Shown here one piece after another: positions 12,381-24,900 of a stretch of 64,000 nt of DNA. The notes under the pieces were generated by a model, which saw only the letters and a list, made by a program, of their open reading frames with translations, made no database searches and was not told where the DNA came from. The stretch comes from Lepidodermella squamata (Eukaryota > Animalia > Gastrotricha). Position 1 is the stretch's first letter. Every line of letters starts with the position of its first letter. Position numbers and translations under genes: made by a program. Location: NCBI GenBank assembly GCA_047495785.1, contig JBLDXI010000054.1:3782001-3846000 (forward strand). Direction: 5' to 3'.

Positions 12381-12643
12381 CGAAACCTATGGGTTACGTT
12401 TTAGTTCTTTCAAATTGTTGAATCGGCCAATCATCCCGGACCTGGCTATTATTTCTATTATTTATGTGCAAATTTTTGAATTTCACTCTTGAAAGCAATT
12501 ATGAGCTTGTAAAATAAACATTACAATATCCCAAATTTTACGTTTAGTTTAGACAACTTTCACTGCAATTATCCGAAAAACACTAGGTTGCAAAATTCGA
12601 AACGCCAATGGAATTTTATCATTTCAAATGATTTTACGGATTG
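12381..12643. repeat. Local dispersed repeat, copy A
   Basis: 12381-12471 and 12601-12643 are near-identical to 13559-13678 plus 14063-14074. Confidence 0.9.
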
Positions 12644-13180
12644 TCATTCGTTCAATAACGGCAAATACATGGAAAACCACCTGCCGTTAATGAATTGTTA
12701 CTGCCAACAGCTAAACTTTACAACTTGATCAATATGTATTCAATGATCTGGCAATGTATGCCGTCTTGTTACTTTTCACTTCACATTCATTACATCCATT
12801 TATCTCATGCGAGTAAATGGGGCGTAACCCAACTTAATAGGATATTTACAGCTGAGAGCGGATCCTTTAGACTCCATATCTTTGTGATCACCTGAGGAAC
12901 TTGAAGTTCGCCATTAACATAGGCCGTATTAGTGTCGACTTTTAATACTGTTCATTTGTTAGATATATACTAAACATTGTACTCGAATGTCACAGGCGTC
13001 TCTTTTAAAAATGTCGGAAAAGTGCGAGTGTGAAGAATGCATCCCTACCGCGAAACAAGTTCAGGCGAAATATACAGCGCTCAAAATAATGTACCACGGC
13101 CTCAGTTCACGAGGAGCTCTCTGTGTAACTTGAATAATGCAATTATTACGATCCGTCTGATAACGTGTTTGACATTGCAG

Positions 13181-13402
13181 GCGAAACCGAAGACAAACAA
13201 AGGAATCCACCGATGACCGTTTAAAAATCCAAGCATTAATCAAGGACCTACGGGCTGAGAGGCGCGGTAATGCTGATCTCGCACGTCAGCTGGACGAAAC
13301 CAAAAGGTATGATATTTTGCAGAATATCTTACCCGTTAATAAACACTCAATGTCTAAAACCACAGGAAAATGGCCGGCTCCAGAAAAAGTTGAATTGCCA
13401 AG
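13181..13402 (+). pseudogene. Possible decayed coiled-coil gene fragment
   Basis: Exon-like segment between CAG and GT signals encodes RNRRQTKESTDDRLKIQALIKDLRAERRGNADLARQLDETK. The next exon-like piece (ENGRLQKKL) continues only with a 1-nt frameshift. Confidence 0.3.
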
Positions 13403-13558
13403 TTGTTTTTATTTTTTATAACGCAGACTTGTTGAGAGGAGAGAGAGAGGAGAAGCTGCACAAAGTCTTAAAATTAACATCCATCCAAACATTTATAGAT
13501 TTGTTATAAACAGTTGTGTCGTCGGTTTTTCAATTAACCCGTCGATGTCGATACCCGT

Positions 13559-14074
13559 CGAAACTTATGGGTTACGCTTTAGTTCTTTCAAATTGTTGAA
13601 TCGGCCAATCATCCCGGACCTGGCTATTATTTCTATTATTTATGTGCAACGCCAATGGGATTTTATCATTTCAAATGACATCTCTCTCCATGTCTCTCTT
13701 GCATCTCCCCTGCCTCGTATCTCAGCTGTTTTCCGTCGCTATCTATGCTCAGTCCTACTTTCTCCTGTTCCCTTTGTCTCCAGCGTGGTCTTACTGTGGC
13801 CCCTCCTGTTGTTAATGTTGCCACTTGTAATTCTCCCCCCGTCCTGCCATATTGTCTGTGTTTCAACCTCCTGCCTAGGATAACTACCGTCCCTGATTAA
13901 CCTCTTGTTTTCCCATTTACTGTCTCTCTTACGCACCGTCGTTGACGAGCGTAGCTTCATATTGTACCCTCGAGCCTAGTCAGATTTTTTGTCTTATTGG
14001 TAATTATTTTTGTTAGACTTTGTATTGTACCAGGACACAAATAAAGATTTTCATGTTTTATGTTTTACGGATTG
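13559..14074. repeat. Local dispersed repeat, copy B, with ~130-bp internal deletion and 384-bp insertion
   Basis: Direct comparison with copy A: TCAAATGA|TTTTACGGATTG is split by 13679-14062. Confidence 0.85.
13679..14062 (+). mobile_element. Probable 5'-truncated non-LTR retrotransposon 3' end
   Basis: Insertion is defined by the empty site in copy A. Ends ...TTGTATTGTA...AATAAA (14040-14045) plus a short tandem tail ATGTTTT x2. One frame has FNLLP, resembling the WNxLP motif near CR1/L2 ORF2 ends. No TSD seen. Confidence 0.45.
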
Positions 14075-14142
14075 CGGTTAAATTTCAGAGAGGAATTTTT
14101 GCACTCAAATTTTCCAATCTTCAAGAGAAAATCAATCTCTGC

Positions 14143-14811
14143 TTACCTTTCTGAATCTAGCTGACTGGAGGCGATTGTGACAGTTCGATTCTGAGCGAGC
14201 CAAAGGCCGATCAAAGCTCGCCATAGCGGGTAGATGTAACTCAAACCGCCGCGAATGGCGCCGGTTTTCGGCAAGTCACCTAGCAGCGAATCGACGAGAT
14301 TGACGCGATCAGGCAACGTCAGCTCGGCCATATTGGCAGGCGGGGCGGAATACAAAACTGGTAAGGAGTTACTGATAGGCAGTCCGTGTTGCGAACCCAA
14401 CGCCGGGCCGGATGGGACTTTGTGCATTGATAAGTTCTCACCGCGCTGCGGCCCGAGCGTTCCAGTGCCGGTGCCTTGGTTCAACATTCTCTCGAAATTA
14501 GCGGCGAACCATTCCCAATAGTTTTCGCCCTTGATTTTCATAACACCGGTCTGTGGGTTCAGTTTGACGATCACGCCCTGACTAGGCTGAAAACGGCCGG
14601 CGGCAACGTCGGCGACTCCGTCGATTTCGCACAGCTCTTCGAGCAGATTTGCCCAATACTCGAAAACTTCATTCGGTTTCGCATCGACTGGGTCCACCCG
14701 AACATGGTCGTTTTTGTTGACGATAATTTTGACCTTGAACGGCAGAAGGTGAAGCCAGATGTTCGAAATGAAAGCTTGCCGGTCTTCCTTCGACGGCTTC
14801 ACGCTGGTCAT
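14143..14811 (-). CDS. Uncharacterised protein, first coding exon; downstream part not found
   Basis: 222-aa ATG ORF of natural composition, AG acceptor just upstream of the ATG, ends at an AG|GTAAG donor (~14147) next to the repeat island. Confidence 0.65.
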   Translation of the reverse strand: MTSVKPSKEDRQAFISNIWLHLLPFKVKIIVNKNDHVRVDPVDAKPNEVFEYWANLLEELCEIDGVADVAAGRFQPSQGVIVKLNPQTGVMKIKGENYWEWFAANFERMLNQGTGTGTLGPQRGENLSMHKVPSGPALGSQHGLPISNSLPVLYSAPPANMAELTLPDRVNLVDSLLGDLPKTGAIRGGLSYIYPLWRALIGLWLAQNRTVTIASSQLDSER

Positions 14812-15232
14812 ATTTCGCGTTTAACTCACTAAAATAAATTAAAACATGTAGTATTAATACTCAGATTTTCCACTTCATTGCGCCAGATCAAAAGGCGAGA
14901 AAAAAACGAACAAAACTCTCGGAAATGAAAGTCGATGATAATAATTATGCAGTTCTTTCGAAAAGCAGCAGCTTTGGCAGAATAGATACACATGTATTTC
15001 ACAGTACCGAAACAATCTTCAATACCCACCAGGTGAACCTCATACACAGCAGTGATTGCAAAAATTGAAGTAAAGAGCTTCGCATAGAATAACTCTCCAC
15101 CATGAAAATGATAATAATATAGATTTTACATTATTTCAAACATTTGTTTCTTCAATACTCGACAGAATATAAAACAATGCTAGGACGGCGGATTACAAAT
15201 TAATATCACAAAGATCGTAAATGATGATGGCT

Positions 15233-16666
15233 TCAGCTTGCCATTGAATTGTAAACGAGAGATGCCGCTGAAATGGCATCGCCCAGGCCTACAGTGCCAA
15301 CCGGTTTTTTGCACAAGATCGTAGGCACAACGTACACTTGAACATCGCCTTCGAACCACGAAATAACAGGGTGTCGATCGAAGTGGTGGGGGAGCGTTGT
15401 TCCGTTCGAAAATTGCGGTGTGCTGAGCGAGAATAAAATCGGCTCTTCGCTACGACACGCTCGAACAGCTGCAGTGAACGCGCCGTGTAACAACCCTTCG
15501 GCAGTCGATGACCAAATCTCAGGCTTTGAAGTAGCAATAATATGAAACCGGTGAGAGTGCATATGAATGCGAGTCAAATAGCGGCCAGATTTTGCGGCGA
15601 GTTTCCGCGCGTCATTCAGCAGCCATACCATAGATTCGACCATTCTATCGATCACACCGTTAGGCTGAACGTCGGGACCACCGACGCTTTTTGATAAAAA
15701 TATCATTTCCTGGTCATTCAACCCGATAGAATCGGCAAAAATAACGGCGTTCTTATACAAAGTCTGTACAAATTCCACATTTGCCATGCTGGCGAGCTCC
15801 ATATGAAGCGGCGACCGAGTCTTGCGATTTTCCAGAGCCTTCCGAAACGCTGCGATGTGATTCATGTATTCCTGAGGTGTGAGACTATCGAGAAAATGAA
15901 GCCCACTCCAAACAGTCCATTCCAAATTGCCGTCCTCGGCAGTGGCTGATTCAAGAAATCCTTTAACATGAGTCAGCTTCGAGTTGGAAATATCATGATG
16001 TACAATAAATCTGTTCGCAATTGGGGCGGTGTACTTCGAAAATGTCGTGCCAGCCTTATATTCGATAATCAAATGTATTTCATCTGGTACATTTCCCGGA
16101 TCTGAATCGCGGTCGTCGAAAATACGTTTAGACATCAGCGGGCGCAGTTTACTACCCACGGGTCCTCGCAAATCAATATCCAAATGTTTAAAAGTCGACA
16201 AAAATTCGGCCATCAGAGCGGCATTACCGCCAATATAGAGCCGATGAGAGCCAGAGAGGGCTGCAGCCGTCAAGTTTTCGAAAACTTGTTTATTTGAGAT
16301 GAATCTTTCAGCAGCAGCTCCGCGGGAGAAATAATATGACATCGTTCCAAAGAATTCGTCGAAGGAGTGAACAACTTCGCTCGACTTGTGATCAATTTGA
16401 ATCGCCGATTTATCGTAAGAATTCATCAATTCATCGAAAGGCACGATCAAGTCGAGGTTGCAATTGGTTCCAATTAAGATGCGCTTGGTTTCGGCGAAAT
16501 CGCGGTTCAGAAGTTTCCTCCACAATTGTAGCCGTTCTAATACGGCGAAAAACTGTTTTGCTTCCTCGTCAGTTAATCTTTTCTCGGAAGAACCATCATA
16601 GTGGTACCAGGCATAGAGAGCAACTGCGACAGCCAAAGGGACAAATAAAATAAACTTCAAAGACAT
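15233..16666 (-). CDS. ADPGK: ADP-dependent glucokinase (intronless)
   Basis: N-terminal hydrophobic anchor; motifs NCNLDL, GAAAERF, IGGNAALMA, DEIHLIIEY, ANRFI, HMELAS, DSIGLNDQE, TVGLGDAISA. Confidence 0.95.
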   Translation of the reverse strand: MSLKFILFVPLAVAVALYAWYHYDGSSEKRLTDEEAKQFFAVLERLQLWRKLLNRDFAETKRILIGTNCNLDLIVPFDELMNSYDKSAIQIDHKSSEVVHSFDEFFGTMSYYFSRGAAAERFISNKQVFENLTAAALSGSHRLYIGGNAALMAEFLSTFKHLDIDLRGPVGSKLRPLMSKRIFDDRDSDPGNVPDEIHLIIEYKAGTTFSKYTAPIANRFIVHHDISNSKLTHVKGFLESATAEDGNLEWTVWSGLHFLDSLTPQEYMNHIAAFRKALENRKTRSPLHMELASMANVEFVQTLYKNAVIFADSIGLNDQEMIFLSKSVGGPDVQPNGVIDRMVESMVWLLNDARKLAAKSGRYLTRIHMHSHRFHIIATSKPEIWSSTAEGLLHGAFTAAVRACRSEEPILFSLSTPQFSNGTTLPHHFDRHPVISWFEGDVQVYVVPTILCKKPVGTVGLGDAISAASLVYNSMAS

Positions 16667-17683
16667 CGCCAGTCGCACAGCACTATGTCAAAAATAGTCA
16701 AGTATGGAGATTAATACAAAATAATTCAATATCTGAAGTAGCGCGAGAGATCTGAGAGCCAAGAAGGCCCAAAAAGTAGTAATGAAAGACAGGCGAATTT
16801 TCGACGCTGAAGAGATGGGACTCAAGAATTCGGCGTAGAAGGGCAATTCCCGTGTCTCGCCTTGTTAGGCGCCAACTTTCAGTGACTACTTCAACATGTT
16901 ACGAAAAACAGGTACTTACTGTATGATCTATGATCCCCGAGAGTATAACAGTTATTTTAGGAAATGCCTAGCAGAAAAACAAAGGTGGCGAAGTTTCTAA
17001 TTGATCTCATCGACTGAAAAGCACAACCAACGTTAAGCGATTTTAAAGAAAAACTTTGAAATGTGTGGGGTCTTTCGACTACTCAGCTGTCAGCTATAGT
17101 TATTCAAAATTCAAAACAAGACGCGAGCAGCACCTCCTTCTGGTTTTAAGCTTCGAGCTATCTCGTTCAGTGAGCAAAGAAAGAAAGTAACTATTCAGGG
17201 CTTTACACTTTACATTGCTTTTTTCGGCGAAAATTCCAGTCTTGGAAGTCTTAGCATATCCATTATCATATCGAAGACCGAAAGCTGACGAGATAGGTCA
17301 GAGTTGCAGCTAATTGCAGCAAAAAAACTGGGAGACGAACTCAGCTTTACGAAAAAATCCATAATATTGAATATTGCATAATAAATCCTTGACAGGCATT
17401 TGCATTGATTATCATACAAAATATTCACACGTTATGTTATATCAAACTATATATTTTTATTTGGCGCCAATATTATGAGGGCTTTTTGGGCGCAAGTTGG
17501 TTCTCTTGTTGCCTCGTTAAAGCCTTGCAAGTCGATAGTCGATGGAAGGTGGAAGGTGACCCGTGATCAGTGATCAGTGTTTTCTTGTTTTCTCCGGCTG
17601 ATGGTACCTGCCCGAGCTTACGAAGTTTTAGAGACAAATATTTGGAACTGCAGACTGCAGACTGCAAGTTAATTGTTTCGGAA

Positions 17684-18180
17684 TCATGAGTTACTATTGC
17701 CTATGGGCCTGTCGGTTCTGTACGCCTGTTCCGATCTGACAGCCGACTCCTCAGGATCTGCTGGATGGAGGAAAAGCGCTTCGAGCATACTTATCCAAGT
17801 TGTCACCGTGATGACCAGAAGGTCTTTCGTAAACCAAGACGTCCAACACTTTCTGAGCCATGAGCCAAGGTATCGTACGCATGTCGTCGTGTTGATAGAT
17901 CGACATCTGTCCCTGCTAGTGGGACCCCATTGCCCATTGGCTTTGGTTCCAACCACACCACTTTGGTCCAGCACACGAATGGTCAAGGGTGACAGGTGAC
18001 ATTCACAGGTACTTCATTTCTCGTTCTTGAAGGCCAGATAGGGTATACTTCCTGGAATGTGAAGTACCATCCTCAACCATCATTTCATCTGCTCCATGCT
18101 ACCGCCAGATAGTCCTCTAATCCGCAAAATTTGATGGCATGCGTGACGAATCAGTGGTCAATGTGGGCCCTGTATATGCC
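17684..18180 (-). mobile_element. Decayed non-LTR retrotransposon reverse-transcriptase fragment
   Basis: Minus-strand pieces IDH*FVTHAIKFCGL, CHLSPLTIRVLD (cf. QGDPLSPLLFNLVLD) and VRYLGSWL (cf. KYLG) occur in RT order, with stops and no YADD segment. Confidence 0.5.
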
Positions 18181-18925
18181 TGGTGTATATGCGTTACCAT
18201 TGGATCTGAAATCTGATCGCTCAGCTTGATCCCTGCTCACATTATTTTTTATGACCCCTGGCAGATTTAACCCGTGAAGCTGTTAATTTTTAGTTATATT
18301 ATCGTTAACATTGCTTGAGGTTTCTTTTAGTCTGGAGCTCGAATCCCTAATCAGCTATTGCGGTAAGAATTCCCACTTATCATTTCTGCCTAGTAGCGTT
18401 ATTAGATTAAAAGAGGATACACAACTGATTTGATAATCAGAAGGTTCACCGCTATTGAGGCAATGGGGGGATTTTATGGCATGGTTAAAAACTAGTATCG
18501 CACTCTCGCGAACCAGCAATAGAAACACGTGATCAGCTTATTTATCGCATGCCACATTTTAGCAATCGCAGAGTAAGCATTCCTTAAGCTTTGAAAGCTC
18601 AGATAAATAGTCTGCATCTTGGGCTGAATGTGCTGGAATTTCAGAGCAGAAATTTTTATACTGCTCTACGAAAACCGAAAAGCCAGAGCTGGAACCTACA
18701 GACTATGGATATATTTAAAACGTTTTCCTTACTCCCGACAGCTGCGCGAGCGATATTCCCAAGCACAAGCAATTTTGGTTTTCGTTTTAAATCAAAGTTA
18801 TATTTCTTTTAGATCATGTTACTGACTATTTGATGAAGACAGGCAAACTTTTATGTTGTGAAGAAATATTCTGATTGCTGAGCATAGCCTAACCTATGCA
18901 TGCAACATCTCTGAAAATTTTGTTA

Positions 18926-21900
18926 ATGGCAACTGATCAAGACCAGCGAATAGCCGGCTCGCCTTCATCAGTTGGCAGTATGTCGCCGAGTCCTTTTCAA
19001 AGCAGCCAAGGATTTCACATGCCTAGCTCTAAGCAAGACAGTGATGCAAAGAGAAATCAACGATCTGAAGAGGTAATGATAACGGCGCTTTTTCCTAATG
19101 ATATTTATAGCGGGTTTATCGGGTTTTAGCACCATGTTGCTCTTGCATGACATGTCATGTCTAGCTCTTTAATATCCTACGTCTAGTCTTTTTGATGCAT
19201 CATATGCAAGACAAACATTTAACATCCTATTTGATGTTGATTTTCAGGCTATTCTGCCTAGCTTTATTGAAGAGATAATCTATGACTTTCCACGCAGTTG
19301 AAATTGAGGAAATTTACCCTGTTGTGATACTTTATAAGCGTACTAGTTATTCATTGCCATGGGTATATTTTAATAATGACGTCATTGCCTAAACTTTGAA
19401 TTACATATTTTCAGCTCATTAAAATACGGAATCTCATCGCTATCACCTCGAAGCATTTGAACGTCGTAATAGAAAATCTGAAATCGTCCAAGCAATCTGC
19501 AGAATATCTCCAGGTTTGTATTCCGGCTGATTTTTGCATCTCCCGCGCTTGCGATCTTGGACTGCGTTCGGCGAAATGTCAATACGATAAACTCATGGCC
19601 AAAAGAACCGCGTGTTTGCGATAATATTCGTTTCATATTTACCTATCTGAGGGCCCAACGGAGTTTGTCATCAATACACTATGCGGCGGCTAGTGCGCGA
19701 TTGATTATATCGGGTTTTTTGTATGGGAAGCCGAGGCGATATGTCAAGTATATTTTATGCTGACTGTGGGGGAGGCGGAGGGTCCGCATTTTTTATGAAG
19801 CAGCAATAGTTTTTGGCCAACGCTCAAATTAACGTGAACCAGCTACAAATGACCTATTTTATTCGGCTGAAATGTGTAGCTAACCGGTGGTATTATTGCC
19901 GTTAGAGCAAGTCAAGCGGCATTTATTTGTAGATAATTGACCAATCGCCAATGATTTTTAGTAGAACTGCACGTTCTCACGCGCGTGAGATTTGTCGATG
20001 AGCCATTTTTACAACATCAGCAATCGCCACGCAACGAGAGAATTCAGCGCTCGCGGCGTATTGATGCGTTAGGCTCGCAATTACGCTGCTGCTGAAGCAT
20101 TAATCACATTATCGTTGTGCTGCTGCTTTGTACTAGACAATTTTGCCGTATGTGTATGTGTGTGTGATTTGCATTTTTGTGTGTAGGAGTTCGAGAAGTT
20201 GAATGAGCAGCTGAACGATTTGCAAATGCGCGAACGCGAACTGGCCGAAGACGACGACGAATGCGACTCTGCCGTGGCCACTCTAACCAGCTCAATCGCC
20301 AATTCTTCCGTTCAGCAACTTCCAGCCTCGTCAGCAGGATCGGACCTGCTGCTGGACGGCGGCTCGTTGTCGCCCCGACCGGCTGCCACCAACAGCAGCG
20401 AAACTGTCGGCGTCATCTCGGCCTCGTCCAGCAGTGATGGTGCTTTGCTGAGCCCGCCGCCGTTCTCGCCCGACCAGAGCCAGGTAGGGCCAGCACCCCG
20501 AACCTCGGCCTCTTCCGTCTCATCCTCGCCTCATCCGCCGCCTTCCGCCTCGCCCAGTCTAGTCCGCAGTTCTGGCAGCTTCGTTGCCGCCCCACCCAGG
20601 CCTCTGGTCCGGGTACACCTGCCCAACACTCAGATCACCACGGTCGCCGCGAAAGCCGGCCTATCCATCCGGGATGCCTTGATGAGCCGGATGAAGTACC
20701 GTGAAATCAACCCCGACCAGTATGTTCTCGAAGTTCTGACCGATGGCCGGCACGCGTCCAGCAGCACCGTTCAAGCGGTTTCGCCGAGACCGAGGTGCGT
20801 TTCCTGGTCAATGGACACCCTCGAGCTGAGCGGGTTCGAACTGGTGATGCGGGAAAACAACGCGAATCGGCAGCAGCGGCAGCAACAGCAACGGCAACAA
20901 CAACAGCAGATTCCGCATCACTTCGTGAAGCAGTCGTTTTCGCTGCGGATCGCCTTCTGCGACCTGTGTCGGAAGCTGCTGTTCCACGCGGTGCGGTGCA
21001 AACGTTGCCAGGCCAAGTTCCACAAGTCGTGCAGCCAACAGACGCCGTACTGCATGTCGAGTTTTTCGCTGCGTAGCGGCGGCGCCAATAACCAGCAGCA
21101 GCCAAGTTCCGGAACCAGTGGTCCAGCTGGTACCGTTCGAGAGTAAGTCGTCGCTAATTGCATCATATTAATATGTGTGTATGTGGCACCGCGTGTTTCA
21201 TCGCCGCCGTAGCTCCCAGGGCAGCGTGACCGGCTGAGCTAACAAAAAACGCGCGGCGAATATCAGTAGAAAAAATAAAACATTCCGACCCACACACGCA
21301 CACACAAAAACAGCAGTGAAAAATTATCGATTCGATTATTATAATATGCTAGTGTTTATAACGTGTCTCATAGCGTGCTGCGCCTATCTGTGTTTGTCTC
21401 TCACGCTCAGCTATGAGCTAAGCTCTGCTGCTAGCTTGGTGCCACCGCTGCCGTTACAATAGATTATTTTCAGAGATGACTAGAGCAAAAAACGGCGAGT
21501 TAATTCCCGTGTGAGTTTATCAAACAGTTTTGCGTGATTGAAACTAAGCGAGCAGAGGAATTAGCACCAGGTCGAATGTCTATGCTACTTCCGTAGACGC
21601 GCACACACCCACTTGTTTCCCTCTTACTATTACCATATTACAACCATTATGCGTGCTATTATTAAACGCTTTTAATTTTTTCGATTGACTATTTATTAAT
21701 TTCTTTATCGATTATTATTACGTTTTTTTCTCTCTTCACATTGTTGTCGCGCATAGATTTCGTCCTAGCGTTACGGAGCAGCTGATTTCGGACTCGAGAT
21801 TTCTGGCGTCTGCGTTTGTTATGGGCGGCGCCGATGCAGCCGGTGGTGCCAACCTGGCTCGTGTCGTCGACACAACGCATCTCGCCCTGCCCGAAAAGCG

Positions 21901-24900
21901 AAGAACACGCAGCGTCAGTGAAGAGCGCATCGACATACCACTCGCCGATGCGCACCACATGGCAGTACCCGGCGGCCGGCGGGGCCACCACGGCCACTCG
22001 CCCCTCAACACTGCCTCGGTTGTGATGGCGGCAGCCGCGGCGGCCGCTGCCACAGTCGCCGCCCCGGCCGGTCGTCACATGGTCACTCCTGGCCTGGGTG
22101 ATAGCCGGGTTGATGATGTAAGTCACTTTTTGAAAAATCCTCCTTAATTTTTTTTAATTCGCGTTTTTTCCTTTTTTAGGATGCTTTAGCTCACGCATTG
22201 CATTCACTCAATAAAAGTGAGTTTTGTCGGTTTTCTCGGATTTTTAGGCGTCTTTTTAAGCAACTTAAAAATTTAAGGCACAAAATTATTTTTTATTATT
22301 GTAATAATTATTCCGATGCACTTGGCTTTGCTTGCGCTATTGATGACTTCGCACGAAGCCTAATGTTGTCGTTGAGAAAAATTCCTAATATTGATTGCTT
22401 CTTTGCCCGGCCGACGACCGATAGGCTCGCCTCGTCTGCAACTAAACATGCACCCTCCCTTTTCGTCTGTGCTAAATCCATCGCCTTCCCCCACACCTGG
22501 CACGCCGACTGCCACTCACCCCGGGCATCATAGCAGCAACTATCTTTCCGCCCTGCCGCCAGGTTCGCCCGTGTCGCCTAAGCTGCCAGGCAGCGGCGGC
22601 GGCGCCGGCGGCGTGGGCGGCCGATGCGTATTCGACGTCGAACCGGCGGCAACGCTGTCGGTGCCTGCCAGCCCGACGGGCGCCATGACCTTGATGCGAA
22701 ACTTGCTCTCGCCGCTCAGGCCCAACGCTCTTAATTTTAACTCCTCCCCATCCCCGCCGTCGCCGTCCGCCCAACCTCACCACCACAAGTCGAGCACGAT
22801 CATCTCCGTGTCTCGAAGTCAAGGTTTGTAGCCGTTCGACAGGTCTCTCTCTTCACGCTGTTTCACCCGACACGTGTGCCGTTGATAGCCTTTTAGAATT
22901 CGATGTCTGTGATTTTTACAACCCGGTCTTGCGCACGGTTTTCACATGTTGAAAGCCACTCAAAGTGTTTTGTGTTTTTTATAGATTAGAGTATTTTTCT
23001 CATTCATATAGCCGAGTATTTAACAATGGGGAAAATTGACCGGTTTCATAAATTTTTGAGAGTAATTGCCGTCGTTCGGGCTTTGTAGTAGTTAGATTGT
23101 AGGCGTTGAAGCTACACGATATTCAGGGAAAATCATGAATTTTTCACGAAGGTGCTCACACGCCCCACGACCTCCCTCGCAGCCACCATTAGACAATCTC
23201 ATTTGTCCCATGGAAAACTTGAAAAAACGACCGGCAAACATGACAATTGAATTGACGTCACGGGTGTTGAAAGTTTTCGCCATTTTTCCAAAATCTGCGA
23301 TAGCAATAAATCGGACAACCCATTCCGTTCAACTTCAATGGAAGTTGAGGTTTTTACGGCGAATCGTGAATTTTCTCTGGCTTTTAACTTCATCAAGGAG
23401 AACTGGAATTTTTTCAGTTCCATTTACGCTGGTCAGTTTTCCCCGCCCGGTTTTTCAGATCTGCAATTTTAGCCTAGGCCATATAGAATAGACTTTGTCT
23501 TGCTGAATGAATGTTAACATGTTGTCTCGCTGTTCTATATCTATGCATTTATATTCATTTTCAGCTACCACTCCATCAGCTGCCTCGGCGAGCTTAGCGT
23601 CTCCAAGCAGTGGCGGGGCGATAACGCCCGCTGCTGCTTCCAGCACTACGTCCAGCCCTGTGATGAGCCCAACGCGGACCTCTGTGTCAACCAGTAAAGA
23701 CAATAACGACGTGCCTCAACCGCAACAACGGCCGCAGCAGCAGCAGCCGCCGCCGCAAGTGCCCAGCGCGGCGACAGCGCGGTCCTCTCACAACCGGACG
23801 ACTAGTAGTAGTGGCAGCCAGCAGCCGTCGGCGGTGTCTTCCCTGCGGTCGGGCGGGCTCGAGGTCATCGACCCGATCGCCGTGCGGCGGCAAAAGGAGC
23901 AACGCGAACGCACCACCTCGTCGTCCCGCCACCACAACGTCTTCAGCGGCATTTCATCGCCCGCTACCGAAACCCCGCCAGCCGTCCTCTCGCCCGGCGG
24001 CCCGGCTAGCAACAGCCACGACCCATCGGGAGTGCCACCGGGTGGTAAGGTGAAACGGCGCCGGCCGCCGGAAGACCACATCGCCTTCGAGGAGGTGCGC
24101 ATCGGAAAGCGAGTCGGGTCCGGGTCGTTCGGTACCGTCTACAAGGGCGTGTACTTCGGCCCGGTTGCCGTGAAATTCCTCAACGTCGGCGATCCGAATG
24201 AACAGCAGTTGAAAGCGTTCGAAAACGAAGTAGCCATGTTGCGGAAGACTCGGCATCAAAACATCGTCTTATTCATGGGTTGCGTATCCAAACCGAAACT
24301 AGCCATTGTCACCCAGTGGTGCGAAGGTTCCAGTTTGTATAAGCATATCCATATTCAAGAAGACCAGTTTCACATGATGGCGCGGCTTGATATCGCGAAA
24401 CAAACCGCCCAGGGTATGGACTACCTGCACGCTCGCGGCATTATTCACCGCGATTTGAAGAGTAATAACATTTTCTTGACCGACGACTGGATCGTGAAAA
24501 TCGGCGATTTCGGCCTCGCGACTGTGAAAACACGGTGGACGGCCGAGTCGAACAACAGCGCGCATCGCACACAGCCGACCGGGTCGATCCTGTGGATGGC
24601 GCCCGAGGTGATCCGCATGCGGGACGACACGCCCTACAGCGTCAAGTCGGACGTGTATTCATACGGTGTTGTGATCTATGAACTCGTCACTGGACGGCTA
24701 CCTTATGCTCACATTTCCAACAAAGACCAGGTGCGTTTTTTTTTGCTAATCGAATTAGTGGTAGTTCACCTCCCAGGTCGCTAGAGCGTGACAGCTGTTA
24801 GGCCATTAAAAAAAAGGCGCTATTGTTGACCAGTTGTCACGGGTCATCAAATAATTCTAGCTATTTGTGCTGGGGAAATTAAATTGCCCTCTCGTAAAAA

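Noticed and set aside
20413-24630. Many overlapping antisense and alternate-frame ORFs in raf (also in the SDR and DDX60 genes)
   Set aside because: Shadows of GC-rich coding sequence.
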